A DNA stretch of 64,000 nt, taken from NCBI RefSeq assembly GCF_001194135.2, contig NC_068992.1, positions 19,204,702 to 19,268,701 on the forward strand, read 5' to 3'. This document shows, one piece after another, positions 25,748 through 39,389 of the stretch (its first letter is position 1; each line of letters starts with the position of its first letter). Position numbers and translations under genes: made by a program. Below the pieces are notes generated by a model. That model did no database searches and was not told where the DNA came from. It saw only the letters and a program-made list of their open reading frames with translations. This DNA is from Octopus bimaculoides. Its lineage: Eukaryota.

Positions 25748-28682
25748 TATAGGTATATATATATTTATATATGCATACGTAGATGCACATACATGTACTT
25801 ATGCGCATTACTTTGTCTTTATGCATGTGCGTGTATTTTGTGTGTGTATGTATGTGTACGTGCATGCATGCGTACGTGTGTGTGTGTGTGAAACGAAGAG
25901 ACTAATTCTGAACGTAAAATTCAAAAGATGAGTATTGGCTTTTCAAGTTACAACTTCAGTATCTGAAGTCTAAATGAATTCAATTTCATGTTCGTGTGGA
26001 TCTAATTAGTTCATATTTTATTTTAAAAGCTTAGGCAGAAACATTTCCATGTTCTATAATAGACTAATTTAATAATTAAATTTTCGAATTGATACGAGTC
26101 CATATTGATTGATGCACGGGTGGCAGAGCATTGTAGATTTAATAAATTCTATGCGTCATTTTATCATCCACCCCAGTGACGTATTTTAGAACATCCCATC
26201 TTTGCAGAAATGGTGATGCAAATGTGACGCGCCCCGGAACTTAACTGGCACTTAATCCCACTTTCTCTGTTACTGATAAGTGGACTCTCCCTTTAGAATA
26301 TTTCGCTGAAAGCAAAGGTGTTGCGTTAAAACGAAGCAAATGCTGTGATGGTTTCTGGCATCTGATTGTCTTATTAAGTCTTCACGTCCACGTTCACCTA
26401 GATGGCATACTCGTGTCATGTGCTGACTGTACTTTCCGTCGCATATTCAATGCACTTTTGTGTCACCCAGAGTTCAGTTTTTTTTCCCCTCCGTCGTGTT
26501 CTATACATTATGACCTGCATGCAACCACATTCAACAATGCCAACTCTTTTCCATGTGGCTCGACTTTTAATTTCACACAAACTTTCTCCAACCGAGCAAC
26601 ATTTGCATGTAACTCAGAAACGAAACATTAAACCTGCATTGATTCCATAAACATAAACTTAGAAAGCATCCTCCAGTGGCTCCATGACATGCTTCTAAAC
26701 AAAAACACACAGGAAAATCGAAACAATATACATATTATGAAAATACAAAAATACAAACACACCGCGCAGTCTCAAACGTGAGTGCAACATAGTTAGAGAC
26801 ACCAACGTTTCTGCCAGCTCGCCGCCTTGCTTCTATCACTGCTTGCTTCTATCACATGCCATCATCTGTCCTACAACGTTTGTGATTACTTGACCTATTT
26901 TTTTCTGCTATAACAGTAGTGACATATGATCCTTCAATATGCTTAATCTCATACCATAACCACTGAGATAATCTTCCCTCACTTTTCTTTCTTTCTCTAG
27001 TCACCCATGCTGTGTCCAGTACTAGACTTTACACTAACCACATCGTTAGGTTCTTCTATTCCTCGAACATTCTCTAGCTGTAATTACCACTCTATCCATG
27101 CTTTATCTGCAATCATCAAGATTATGTTTCTCAAATGGAATATTGAGGATATTCATTTCACTTGCTTTGTAAAGATTGCAAATTTCATGGGTAAAGTCTT
27201 ACCATCCAGCGCAAATCGACAATAGTACGGATAAATTCAAAGGAAATGCAGCTGTTGCCAAATAAACAAGTCCAAGTACACACGTCTACCATATTATACA
27301 AAGTACCCACAAGAACAAATGAAATTGTACTGCATAGTCCTTACCGAGACTAAGACATGAAACGTATACGGAACATTAAATTTGCGGAACGATGTCGGCC
27401 AGATGAATTTCAACTTATGTGCAACACGTCTCATTAATTATGGCCGCACATTAAAATCAATAGACCCCGAAGAAATATAAAGATGTAATTAAAAGTATGC
27501 AGCTGTTAGTTGACATTTCGTCCATAATTTCTGATGAATGTTTATTTTCTCTTTATGTCTTATTCTAACGAAGTTTCAAAACTATAAGCACATCACCTAG
27601 GCATAATTCACTACGAAATTGTCCGTCAGCGATACTGTCATCTTCGGCCTTATCAACATCATACACATTACTACTACCGCTTCCACATCAGAATCATCGT
27701 CGTTTTCTTCATCATTGTCGTTATCGTCGTCAACATCATGAAAATAATCATTAATTAATATTACAACTTCATCATAAATACAAACGCAATATCATCATAA
27801 CAGATGTTATTAACGCCAATAACAAGAACAACGTCATCAAAGACTGGAACAAAAAAAAATCTAATTCCATTCAAAATATGTTCATAATTTACGTTGTTTC
27901 GCAAACTTTCCGTTGTTTTATTTTTCATAGATCTCCTTTTTATTGGATTAATAAGCACAAATCCCAAATTAATTTCATTGACCAGCAATAAAAAAAATAT
28001 CATTGCCAGTAAAGCGCCAGATTCACAGTTCCATTAACTGCTTCATATAAAAAAAATGGCGCCTATTTGTCCACAGAATAATATATATTCGTTTGTATAT
28101 ATCCATCACCTTAGACAGATGCACTTTTATATATGCACACAACACGAAATTCCATCCACTTTTTTCTTCACTCATCCCCATAGAACCGCATTCCCATCCG
28201 GACTCGCAACTATTTTCATCTTTCTTTTGTCTTCTCTCCTTTCCTCTACGTGTCTTTCTTTCATTTTTTTTCTGATCAAGGACTCTAATGCCCAAAAGCG
28301 TCAAGTCTCTTCTCCATTTTAATTTAAATGCGAGATTAATAATACTTTTGTGAACATTTATGACGCTTGTCTATTTCTCTTGCTTTCATTGTCTTGTTTT
28401 TTTCATTCATCATATATATGTGTTTGTGTGTGCATGTATGTGTGGGTACACACACATGCATACGTGCATATATAAATGTATATACGTAAATTTATATATT
28501 TTATATATATATATATATATACATGTGCACACACGCACATATATATTTACATATGTATATATATATATATATATGTGTGTGTTTGCGTGTGTATGTGTGT
28601 GTGCATACACATATGTGTAGGTGGATATTCAAATATTTCAGGAATGCAGTTCTATATTTAAGAAATGAGGAGTTATGAACAT

Positions 28683-28817
28683 TGTTTACATTATTTACAT
28701 TTGACAGATATTTGTCCTCATCTTGTTTACCCTCCAGCCTTCATCGGTGTCTTGGGGAAATTTCGAACAATGGGTTCTCATTCCTCAGATATTTTTCGAT
28801 GCTATTATTATTGTTGT

Positions 28818-28883
<66 letters not shown>

Positions 28884-28918
28884 AATAATTATAATAATGA
28901 TTATTATTATTATTATTA

Positions 28919-29003
<85 letters not shown>

Positions 29004-29156
29004 AGTCACTGCCTGGAATCGAACTCGGAATCTTGGAGTTAAGAGCGCGGGCTACTAACCCCAAGATTCCGAGGCTGGAGGGTATATCAGCCGAATCGTT
29101 GTTTAACAACAAACAAGATGAGGATAAATATCCATCAAAAGTAAATAATGTAAATA
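28683..29156. mobile_element. Head-to-head inverted pair of a tRNA-headed element with a Penelope-type hammerhead-like core
   Basis: Arms 28683-28740 and 29072-29156 are inverted (5 mismatches in 46 nt, plus a shared ACCCTCCAGCCT); inner 13-bp IR at 29024-29036/29061-29073; B-box GAGTTCGATTCC on the minus strand; central (TAA)n/(TTA)n. Confidence 0.7.
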
Positions 29157-30594
29157 AAGTACATTTCAGAAATATTTCGGTATGATTCTTCTTGCCTGTG
29201 TATGTTCCGCTGGACAGTCTTTTGTACTGAGCACTGTTAAAGCAGAGACTCTACTGTTCGAAGCGTCATACTGTTTGTCAATTAGCTTGTGAATCACAAA
29301 TCTACCCACTATAAGCATTTTAATATTTCGTAAAATCATAGAAGAAATTATTTGTAATAGCTATTGAATAACCAATTCGATCAGCCTGATTTTAATGACC
29401 AGAATAACCACATAGAAAAGGAAATGTACTATTATCGAGCACTGTCCATCCTCCCGAGTGGAACTATTAAGTGGAACTATTAAGTCTTGAAATGTTTTCA
29501 GGACTACATCAGTTGAATGGAAAGGAGTCTTTAAGCCTCAAATTAAGATTTTCCAGTTGTTAATGTCTTAGAAAGACGCCATTGTTGAAAGGGACCTAGG
29601 TGATGATGACGAAGAGGCCAATGACGCTAATGATTAGAAGGATGACAACGAACGATGCTTATGAGTATACCAACGACGGTGCTGCTGTTGCTGCTGACGA
29701 CCAATACGATGATGATGATGATAATGGAGAAATTATTGAGTTGTCTCCTTTGAGAATTTCACTCCCAATTGTGACGTTCACGTTGGCATAATGATGATTT
29801 CTCTATCCCACGGGGAGCGTAAATCCTACGCCATTGATATGGGAGAAGAAATTTGAGAAATGATAACTTTGACATGTATATTAGCAAAGTAAACAAAGCG
29901 AAAAGCAAATGAAATGCTACTGAAAATGGGTCGTGGATAAGGTTAGACATTACATTAATTTACTGCTGATTTTCACAAGTATTCCAGAGTATTTGCATTA
30001 TATGTTCGTCCACTGATTCTAAATAGAAATAATTTCAAGACATTAATTTTATCACCCATTCACAATCATCTTTTCAAACGTTTTAATTTCAAAGTTGACA
30101 AATTGTATTACTACATTTAGCATAGCGACTAAAAATTCCAACACACGTATATGTACAGGTAAAATATTCGCGAACTTGACAGGCAGAACCTTTTACAGAG
30201 GGCATTCTGTTAAAAGTGAAAATATAACGGAAAGCAATTTATATCAAAAAGGCCTCTCATAGCTCACATAACACAAGCTCAGACATACACACACGCACAT
30301 AAGCAAACACACACACAGGAACACACACAAACACAAACACACTCACACACATACACACACACACACACAAGAACACTAACTCGAACACATGCGCAGATGT
30401 AAATATTAAATTTACGTAATTATTTTAAAGCAACGCAAACTTTATTCATGGAGAGACACAACAGCAAAAGTGAAGCCGAATGTATCATGAAATTGTTTGT
30501 ACGGAGAAGTTAACTTACGCTTGACATCCCATTCAACTAGTGTTGTTTAATAGACTTGTTCCATAAATGTTCGAGTAACTGTCCAGACCCAAAT

Positions 30595-30633
<39 letters not shown>

Positions 30634-31257
30634 ATATATNNNNNNNNNNNNNNNNNNNNNNNNNNNNNNNNNNNNNNNNNNNNNNNNNNNNNNNNNNNNN
30701 NNNNNNNNNNNNNNNNNNNNNNNNNNNNNNNNNNNNNNNNNNNNNNNNNNNNNNNNNNNNNNNNNNNNNNNNNNNNNNNNNNNNNNNNNNNNNNNNNNNN
30801 NNNNNNNNNNNNNNNNNNNNNNNNNNNNNNNNNNNNNNNNNNNNNNNNNNNNNNNNNNNNNNNNNNNNNNNNNNNNNNNNNNNNNNNNNNNNNNNNNNNN
30901 NNNNNNNNNNNNNNNNNNNNNNNNNNNNNNNNNNNNNNNNNNNNNNNNNNNNNNNNNNNNNNNNNNNNNNNNNNNNNNNNNNNNNNNNNNNNNNNNNNNN
31001 NNNNNNNNNNNNNNNNNNNNNNNNNNNNNNNNNNNNNNNNNNNNNNNNNNNNNNNNNNNNNNNNNNNNNNNNNNNNNNNNNNNNNNNNNNNNNNNNNNNN
31101 NNNNNNNNNNNNNNNNNNNNNNNNNNNNNNNNNNNNNNNNNNNNNNNNNNNNNNNNNNNNNNNNNNNNNNNNNNNNNNNNNNNNNNNNNNNNNNNNNNNN
31201 NNNNNNNNNNNNNNNNNNNNNNNNNNNNNNNNNNNNNNNNNNNNNNNNNNNNNNNAT

Positions 31258-31291
<34 letters not shown>

Positions 31292-32186
31292 ATACATGAG
31301 TGTGATTTTGTGGCTTTTAGATATATGCATAAAGAATATGAAATGTGAAGATCAGTTGCTCTGAAGAAAAAAAAAATGAATTTTGTATCGTAGATCATGA
31401 AAAGGAAAGTAACTCCTTTTCCTTTTTCGAAACACTCGGATGCTATATCTTTAAGTATGGCAAAATTCCATAAAAATGCATATAACTATAAGATAAGTAA
31501 GATTCTAGAGAAAACAAAATTATCTACATCTATGCACAATGGTGTTTCAATCGCAGAAACGATGCCTTTCGCAAATCCATCAGCGACATCAATCAATAGA
31601 TTCTATGCAGATGCTGCTCTGCGTGATTGTCCATATGTTAGGCAGTATTTTCTTTTTAACAGTTCACTGCATATTAATAATTTCTCTACTAATTTAGTCG
31701 AATGTTGTTGTGTTAGTTAATATACATTAAAAACTTACGCATTGTTCATCAGAGGCGGTTAAGGTAAGTTTAGTTATGGATTAGATTATCATAACACACG
31801 ACTTTACATTTCCAGCGATTCTGCATCGCCCATAATAATCACAACTTTTTATTAATAAGTTTAAAATAATTAACTAATTCGTGGATTCATTTACTCCAAA
31901 GACCATTGCTGATAGAGTCATGTCAGCATGGCTTCTTTTACTTGTCTGATATAACCATCTATTAGTGTTGCTGATGAGCTGTAATTTCAGTTTTGTATTC
32001 TTCACTCGTTTCTGCTATTTGTTCATAATGGTACTACTCCCCGTGTAATGTCTTCAAGAATACATTTTTTCAGACCAACTAAATAGCAAGATAAACACAT
32101 GTCCAAACATAGATGTTCATATGTGTGTGTGCGTGTGTGTGTGTTTGTGTATGCGTGAGTGTCTGTGTACCTGTGTGAGTTTGTCT

Positions 32187-32187
<1 letters not shown>

Positions 32188-32232
<45 letters not shown>

Positions 32233-32256
32233 TGATGGTGATGATGATGATAATAC

Positions 32257-32295
<39 letters not shown>

Positions 32296-32315
32296 TGATG
32301 ATGATGATGATGATG

Positions 32316-32371
<56 letters not shown>
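32188..32371. repeat. (TAA)n/(TGA)n compound microsatellite abutting a gap; (AG)n on the far side
   Basis: Directly visible. Confidence 0.95.
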
Positions 32372-32823
32372 NNNNNNNNNNNNNNNNNNNNNNNNNNNNN
32401 NNNNNNNNNNNNNNNNNNNNNNNNNNNNNNNNNNNNNNNNNNNNNNNNNNNNNNNNNNNNNNNNNNNNNNNNNNNNNNNNNNNNNNNNNNNNNNNNNNNN
32501 NNNNNNNNNNNNNNNNNNNNNNNNNNNNNNNNNNNNNNNNNNNNNNNNNNNNNNNNNNNNNNNNNNNNNNNNNNNNNNNNNNNNNNNNNNNNNNNNNNNN
32601 NNNNNNNNNNNNNNNNNNNNNNNNNNNNNNNNNNNNNNNNNNNNNNNNNNNNNNNNNNNNNNNNNNNNNNNNNNNNNNNNNNNNNNNNNNNNNNNNNNNN
32701 NNNNNNNNNNNNNNNNNNNNNNNNNNNNNNNNNNNNNNNNNNNNNNNNNNNNNNNNNNNNNNNNNNNNNNNNNNNNNNNNNNNNNNNNNNNNNNNNNNNN
32801 NNNNNNNNNNNNNNNNNNNNNNN

Positions 32824-32871
<48 letters not shown>

Positions 32872-34640
32872 GTAGATAGATAGAGAGATAGATAAATAGA
32901 CATATATATAGCCAACCAACTAAGAGATAGTACCTATTCAATATAGTGTTGTTAATGTACCCAATTATTTATACCCAAATGCTGGTTGTTGCGTGGCAAT
33001 CCAGCAATTGACTGTCATATATAGGCGGGGCACACCATAGAGAAAAGATGGCACAATATCAGTAAAGAAATTTGAGAAATTTGAACAGAAAATGCGAAAC
33101 CGGTTATTACTCCAAAAACAATGTCACTAGACATAAAATTTTCTAACATTTTTCTAGCATGATGATTTAAAGTATATTCTTTAACCATATAACACAAGTC
33201 TTCTGTAGTTTTTTCACTGTAGTTTTATATATATATACCATATATATACCATGCATAACTGATTTGACTACATAAATATAAGTAACAATTCTATAAAATT
33301 GTAAAAGGATAAAAATAAAGCGATTGGGTTTAGCATACATGCCTTATTACATAATAATAATATTGTCTCATCTCCACTCTAACAACAGACTACTGCAGAA
33401 ATATCATCATATCATATTTTAGATATATTAAATTATGCATTGCATCAGTATTAAATTAAGTAACAGTGGTAAGTGAAAACTCATCATGTATGAACGCAAT
33501 CTCCTGGTGTATGTTGAGTAATACCATTGGACTATCGGCTTGAAATCGTTTATCCATTGACGGCCTTTCTAAAGCAAACTAGAAGGTTCATACCCAAATT
33601 CAATAAATAAAAATAACTACACACACATATATATGTGTGTATGTACGTGTGTGTGTTTGTGTGTGTATACGTCTACATATATGTGTGTATATATACGTAA
33701 GTCTCTTGCTCACGCTCTCTCTTTATATATATATATACGCATACAAGCATACATAAATAAATGCATACATACGTACACATCCATATAGACATACATAAAT
33801 GTCAAATGCATGATTCTATATCGTAAGATAATTAAACGGTTGTCTGTTAAAGGTTAACTAGAATCTCCATTTAATGTCACTCTAACTGCTGTAATAATGC
33901 GGCATCCTATACGTACGCTACTTCAATAATCGCTGCCCTTATGTGGTTAGATATTTAAATCGAGCCTGTTATTCAATACCTTTACACAAAATCATCACTG
34001 CTGCGTGAAAGTTTAGACTAGTCTTACAATTGTATACATATGCTATTTCGAAAATGACAAAAAAAAAAAAATGACGAAGCGTAGTTGCATCAGAGCTTCA
34101 AACACGTGTTTCGCAGCATCACAAATCTTATAGCTGCGGAATCAGAAACACCGAGTTGCTGTGGATTTCTCGCATCGTCCCAGTCCAGTGAATCTAAGTT
34201 GTTTTACTTCAATATCACAAGCAGGGTTTTAGTAGACCGGCGTTAGATCCTTGTGAATCAATATTCAAACTCACTGTGAAGTACCCATGGCGAGTCTTTC
34301 TTTTATTTGTTTGTGACCATAGATATTACTATCAATTGTGGATGGAATTTGGTAAGATGGAATCTCTGCAGAAAATCCGTTGTCTATGTTCCTGTGTGTA
34401 TTTGTGCTTCGTGCGTAAGTGTAATCAGCAGGACAGAATGGTTCAGAATTTTGTTTAGCAACGAAGAGGTCCAAACTTTATTGCCAATGATTGTTGCTTT
34501 GTCCAGGCGGCAGTCCAGGTCTTGTGAAAGAAATTGGGCTGACGGTTTATTCATAGAATGCAATCGATTGGATTGCAACTGTAATTTAAAAAACCCAGCC
34601 TTCTAACATTAAATCTTCGTGAGAATTACTGTAAAGGGCA

Positions 34641-34683
<43 letters not shown>

Positions 34684-34699
34684 GAGAATTTACGAAAAA

Positions 34700-34800
34700 A
34701 ACAACATATGGATGTATTAGTCTAACGCTCGAGAATAGAGAAAGTCTTTGACGTTTCGAGCTACGCTCTTCTACTGAAAGGAAGGCAGAAAGAAATAAGG
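34700..34800 (-). mobile_element. Penelope-like repeat fragment with a degenerate minimal hammerhead motif
   Basis: Minus strand 34780-34746 reads CTTT-CAGTAGA-A-GAGC-gta-GCTC-GAAA-C-GTC-AAAG. Confidence 0.55.
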
Positions 34801-34874
34801 AGTGAAACAAGGAAAAAATATAAATGTAGTGGTCAGCGATCTATCATGGCGAACATATATATGCATATATGTAC

Positions 34875-34940
<66 letters not shown>

Positions 34941-36039
34941 ATGCCTGCCTGTCTCTCTGTTTGTTTGTCTGGATATCTATCTATCTATCAGTGTTTCTGT
35001 CTGCCTGTCTGTCCGTCTGTATATCTTTCTTTCTTTCTTTCTTTCTTGGTTTCTTTTTCTCTCTTTCTGTATATGTGTGTTTGTGTGAGGTGTGTGTGAA
35101 TTAAAGTATTAATTTGAAAGCGACAAATTTCAAGGTCAGTAATACTCCTCATCAAAGCCGACACACATCTAAACAAAGAGGGTATATATAAGCCATTATA
35201 AATATGCGAATATATAACATATAAAGGTATATATATACATATAGTGTTATTCTGTGCCCAAATCAAAGTCGGATAATGAATTGCATAAATACGTACAGAC
35301 CAATCAAAAAGTCTCGATCTGATGAGATGACCGTTCACAATAATCCAAAACGGAAGTTCTCAAACGAAACCAATAAATACGAAAGAATCATACGGCCGTT
35401 TCTAGGAATGTGCGAAAATGTGTGTAGGTAAATCATTTTCAACTACGGTAATCCCCATTTCCTTCATCAGAGAATATGTACAAATTCAGAATTTTAAATA
35501 AAGTTATAAAATTATTCATGATTTTGTAAGAATATTTTTAAGTACATACTTAAACTTGGATTTTAAAATCGCCTTTTTATTGGTCTTTTCAATTATCTCT
35601 ATACCCACTTAATTCAGAGTTTAGACAAATAGCGGGAGATAAAATAAATGCCAGTTTGAAATACTGTTCTGATATGATGGACAGATGCCCGCGAAAACGG
35701 TGCTCCGCTATATGTTTATATCAATAACTTTAAAAAAAAAACAATCTCCTAAACTAATGGCTGAATAGTATCTTTATAATACCAATTAACTATCAATGTG
35801 AATGACAAGAAACTTGGATATTGTTATCCTTGAGATATCCCTACATGTACAAAAATGAAGCTCACACGTCATTACTCCCTTCCGTTACTCTCAGACAATC
35901 TTTTTATATTAGAAATCCAAGTTTGTATGCTTCAGTAAATTAATTTATACTTTCATATAGCTACTTCAAAAGAGACTGGTAGGACAATATGAGGTAGCGC
36001 TTATCCTATAAGTATTCCCTCCATTTGTGGCATATAGAC

Positions 36040-36157
36040 ATGACATTTGTGACAGTGATCTCTTGGCGTGACCTCGGTGTGTTTCTATTGATATGTTCAT
36101 TGATTATTTTGTTAAATGTGATGAAAAGTATACAAGCACAAAGGGAAACTCCGACAG
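36040..36157 (+). CDS. Candidate signal-peptide-like first coding exon (unverified)
   Basis: MTFVTVISWRDLGVFLLICSLIILLNVMKSIQAQRETPT; pyrimidine tract plus AG at 36036-36037; possible phase-1 donor CAG|GTGGTT. No homology recognised. Confidence 0.2.
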
Positions 36158-37657
36158 GTGGTTACAACTGGCTGGTGCACCATACCGTAAAATTGCTAGT
36201 TTAAAGTATGTGAAGAACTCTAAACTCACTTAAAATCAATCACACTACTGATAGACCGTGAGAGTGAAAATAAGAGTAATCTGTATCTGGTTTCGAGATC
36301 AGGAATTGAGTTCTACTGCTCGAAACATATCGCGAAAAAATCAATTAGTATTTAGTGTCATCAATGCTAATGCAGTATTTCGACTATACTATCATACAGA
36401 ATAGTATTAATGCAACGGAGAATCCAGATCGAAATATTTACCATTAAGCTATCTAGACAGATATCCGAAATTTTATTTTTAATCAGGAAATATGAAATTA
36501 AATATTCAGTTGAGTGAGTGGCAATTCTATAGGAGTTTGCGATAAGGTAATTCAAATACAGAAATATTCAAACACAATTTAACTTTAATCGTAGAGACAA
36601 ATAAATAAATTTAACAAAATACGATCATTAATTTGATTTCTGACGTTTATGAAACAAATGAGATTAAGCTTGACTGATAGTTAATTAATCTTATCAATGA
36701 AACGCTAATTACAATGCAGACTTTGTTAACTTTCATTTTTGCTTGCGTTATATATATAAATGTATAATTCTTTTATGCAGCGTACACGAAAGAAACGAGC
36801 CATTTAGGTCTCAGTGTGAAGAAAATGTGAGCCAAAGAAAATGTGCAAATATAAAATGGTGTTAAATTATAAACATTGAAAGTATTGTTTATCGCTTTGT
36901 AATAAATTAATTTAAAAACAAAACAAAAAAGTAATCGATTAATATATTGCGTAGATAATTGAAAATGTAACATAAATGAAAAGAGAGGAATAAAATTCGC
37001 TAAATCAAGACGAAATGTTCAGAATGATTCGTCTCATAGTTTGGACTTAACACAATTTGAATGTTACTTTGATATAACTCATCACACATCTCGAGTTATA
37101 TATATCGTTGCACCACGAACGTAAGAAAGAATAGCGTATTTTGAAATGATTTTGGTATGCGTTCGAGTTGATATTCGTTACACACTTTACAGGAAATTTC
37201 TTCATTCGTTTCAAGAAATAGATTTTAAAGGTTGACATATACAATGGATTATTATTGTCCATTGTTTCAAGAGAAACTATTGTTCTGGTCCCCAAAATAT
37301 TCCTTTACGTATCATAATTCGGATTCATATAAACGCCATGTTTGAATGATCTACTCCTACGTCAATATGAACGAATTAAGGGAACGATTATATAATTATG
37401 AGACAAATTATTAATTTATATATCCGATTAAAAGATTCGAATACAGTGTAAGGGTAATCAAAGATCAATTACTGAAACTAGAAAAAAAAAAACGGATAAA
37501 GAAAGAAAGATATAATACTGCATGAACGTACCTTCTGTACATTTATTTATAGCATATCAAACGATAAAACGGTGCAAACTTCTATTCACACAATATCCAA
37601 TGATAATTGAATATCCGAGGTGTATCTTTAATTTCTAAGACCTTTTGTTGTTGTAAA

Positions 37658-37800
37658 CCAGTGGCTCCCAACATTTTCACAGTGGTTTCCAAACCTTTTA
37701 TTTAAATGAGTTTTCCCACAGGCTCGTTTTAATATGCTTATAGTTACACACACACACACACACATACACACACACACACACACACACATANNNNNNNNNN

Positions 37801-37835
<35 letters not shown>

Positions 37836-37960
37836 ACGATAAGCATATTAAATCGAGCCCGTGGGAAAATCCATTGTATATATACCTAGATATGAAATTT
37901 TGAATTTTGTTCACAGACCACCAGTACTACCGTTGCGGACCACCAGGTCTCCGCAGACCC
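37658..37960. mobile_element. hAT-type MITE remnants
   Basis: CAGTGGCTCCCAAC / CAGTGGTTTCCAAAC TIR-like starts and a GCGGACCACCAGGTCTCCGCAGACCCCAG subterminal motif typical of Charlie/Tip100-like non-autonomous elements. Confidence 0.45.
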
Positions 37961-38059
37961 CAGATAAGCTGACCTGCCAACTTTCGTTACTTCAGTTTTA
38001 AGGAGACTGCTTTGACAACACTTTGAATACATCCTGCGTAAGAATGCTTGACACAGCTG

Positions 38060-38740
38060 ACTAGTTTGCAGATTATAGTCCGGACATTTGTAAGTTCGGT
38101 ATGCAATAAATTTGTGCTAAATTGGATGAAAACATTGCAAAAACTTCTGAAATGTTCCAGACTGCTTATGGAATAACTTTTTCAATGACACAAAAGGTAC
38201 AAGGAAGGTAATAAGGAGGTGAGATACGATGACAGGGGTGGGTCAGAGATGGACGTCAGAAAGTCAGAGCTGGTTGAAAAAGTTTGCAATTTTCTGGATG
38301 AAGAGTGGCGAGTATCCATGAAGACAATAAGCATAGTGTTTCGGGTTGGTGTGGTAAGAGTACATTGAAATATTTATGAAGATCAGAACATGCGCAAAGG
38401 TTGTGCAAGTTTATTATAAGCATCCTGGTAACCAAATATTTAACTGAAATGGGCATCACAATTGGCTCTCACCCTCCCAACAGTCTGTACCCTGTCCCTA
38501 CTGTACTATTGAAGTTTCCCAAGTTGAAAGAGAAATCCAGGGGCAGTTATTTTGAAGATGATGGATGCCGAGACAACGGTTATGGACACTTTCACTTTGC
38601 GAACGTCCACGAAGCGTACACGAAGTGGCTGGAATGCTACAGCAAGTGCATTGACGTCAATGTACAGAGAATAGAGTTTTATACTTCTCTGAAACGAATG
38701 AACGATTCTTAAAAAGTCTGAAAACTTCTAGAATGCACCT
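38060..38740 (+). mobile_element. Internally deleted mariner transposon
   Basis: CAKLDENIAKTSEMFQTAYG and VEKVCNFLDEEWRVS..EDQNMRKGCA (HTH region), then HPPNSLYPVP..FPKLKEKSRGSYFE..KWLECYSKCI (C-terminus). TIR-like AGTCTGAAAACTTCTAGAATGCACCT at 38715-38740. Confidence 0.85.
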
Positions 38741-39389
38741 TGTTGGTTATATATTTTTATTCGTATAGACTGGTGTTATGTGAGAAAATCAAATGAAATA
38801 TTACACAAGTTAGCTAATCTATAATAATATATGATAATATTCCAGGAATTTTCTTCTAGAAAAATAGCAGCATGATTTTGTAAATATTAAAATAATTAAA
38901 CTTCAAACATTGATGCACATGGTTTTCATACATTGCAAAAAGTTATTGAGACAAATTCAATAAGGTGTTTGCATTTACAGAATGCATCTGTTGCATTAAA
39001 TGCATCAGCACGGGGTATGATTGCTGAAACATCAAAGCACGAGATTTATCAAAACAACATTATCATTAATGTTTATCGCCAGTTCAGCATGGCTGTTCAG
39101 TAGGAACTGACATTATTACCATTTTAAGCCTAGGGAGACGCCTCACCCAGCTGGTTATTCGATGCAATCTGCACCCGATATATATTGCAAGAAAGGGAGT
39201 GAATCCCTACCATGTTCCAGCCACGATTTCAAGTTCTTTGTGATCATCCTCGGTGGTGGATATTCGTCTGCTAGAGATAGCAGTAGGTCAGTTCAGTTCG
39301 CAATATATAGAAAATAAAGGACACTCAGTTACTGATCTGGCAACAAGTTCAGTTGTTAGAATAGCTATATAAGAGATGAAAGTAGCAAC

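Noticed and set aside
26150-26660. RTE-type RT fragment (..QKCIEY..VDVK..)
   Set aside because: Only a few residues match in a stop-filled frame; insufficient.
29458-29483. Short tandem duplications (GTGGAACTATTAA x2; also about 50808-50848 and 14915-14954)
   Set aside because: Ordinary slippage products with no further structure.
31753-31763. 11-nt microexon (catcag|AGGCGGTTAAG|gtaagt)
   Set aside because: A splice-like match alone is expected by chance in 64 kb; no supporting context.
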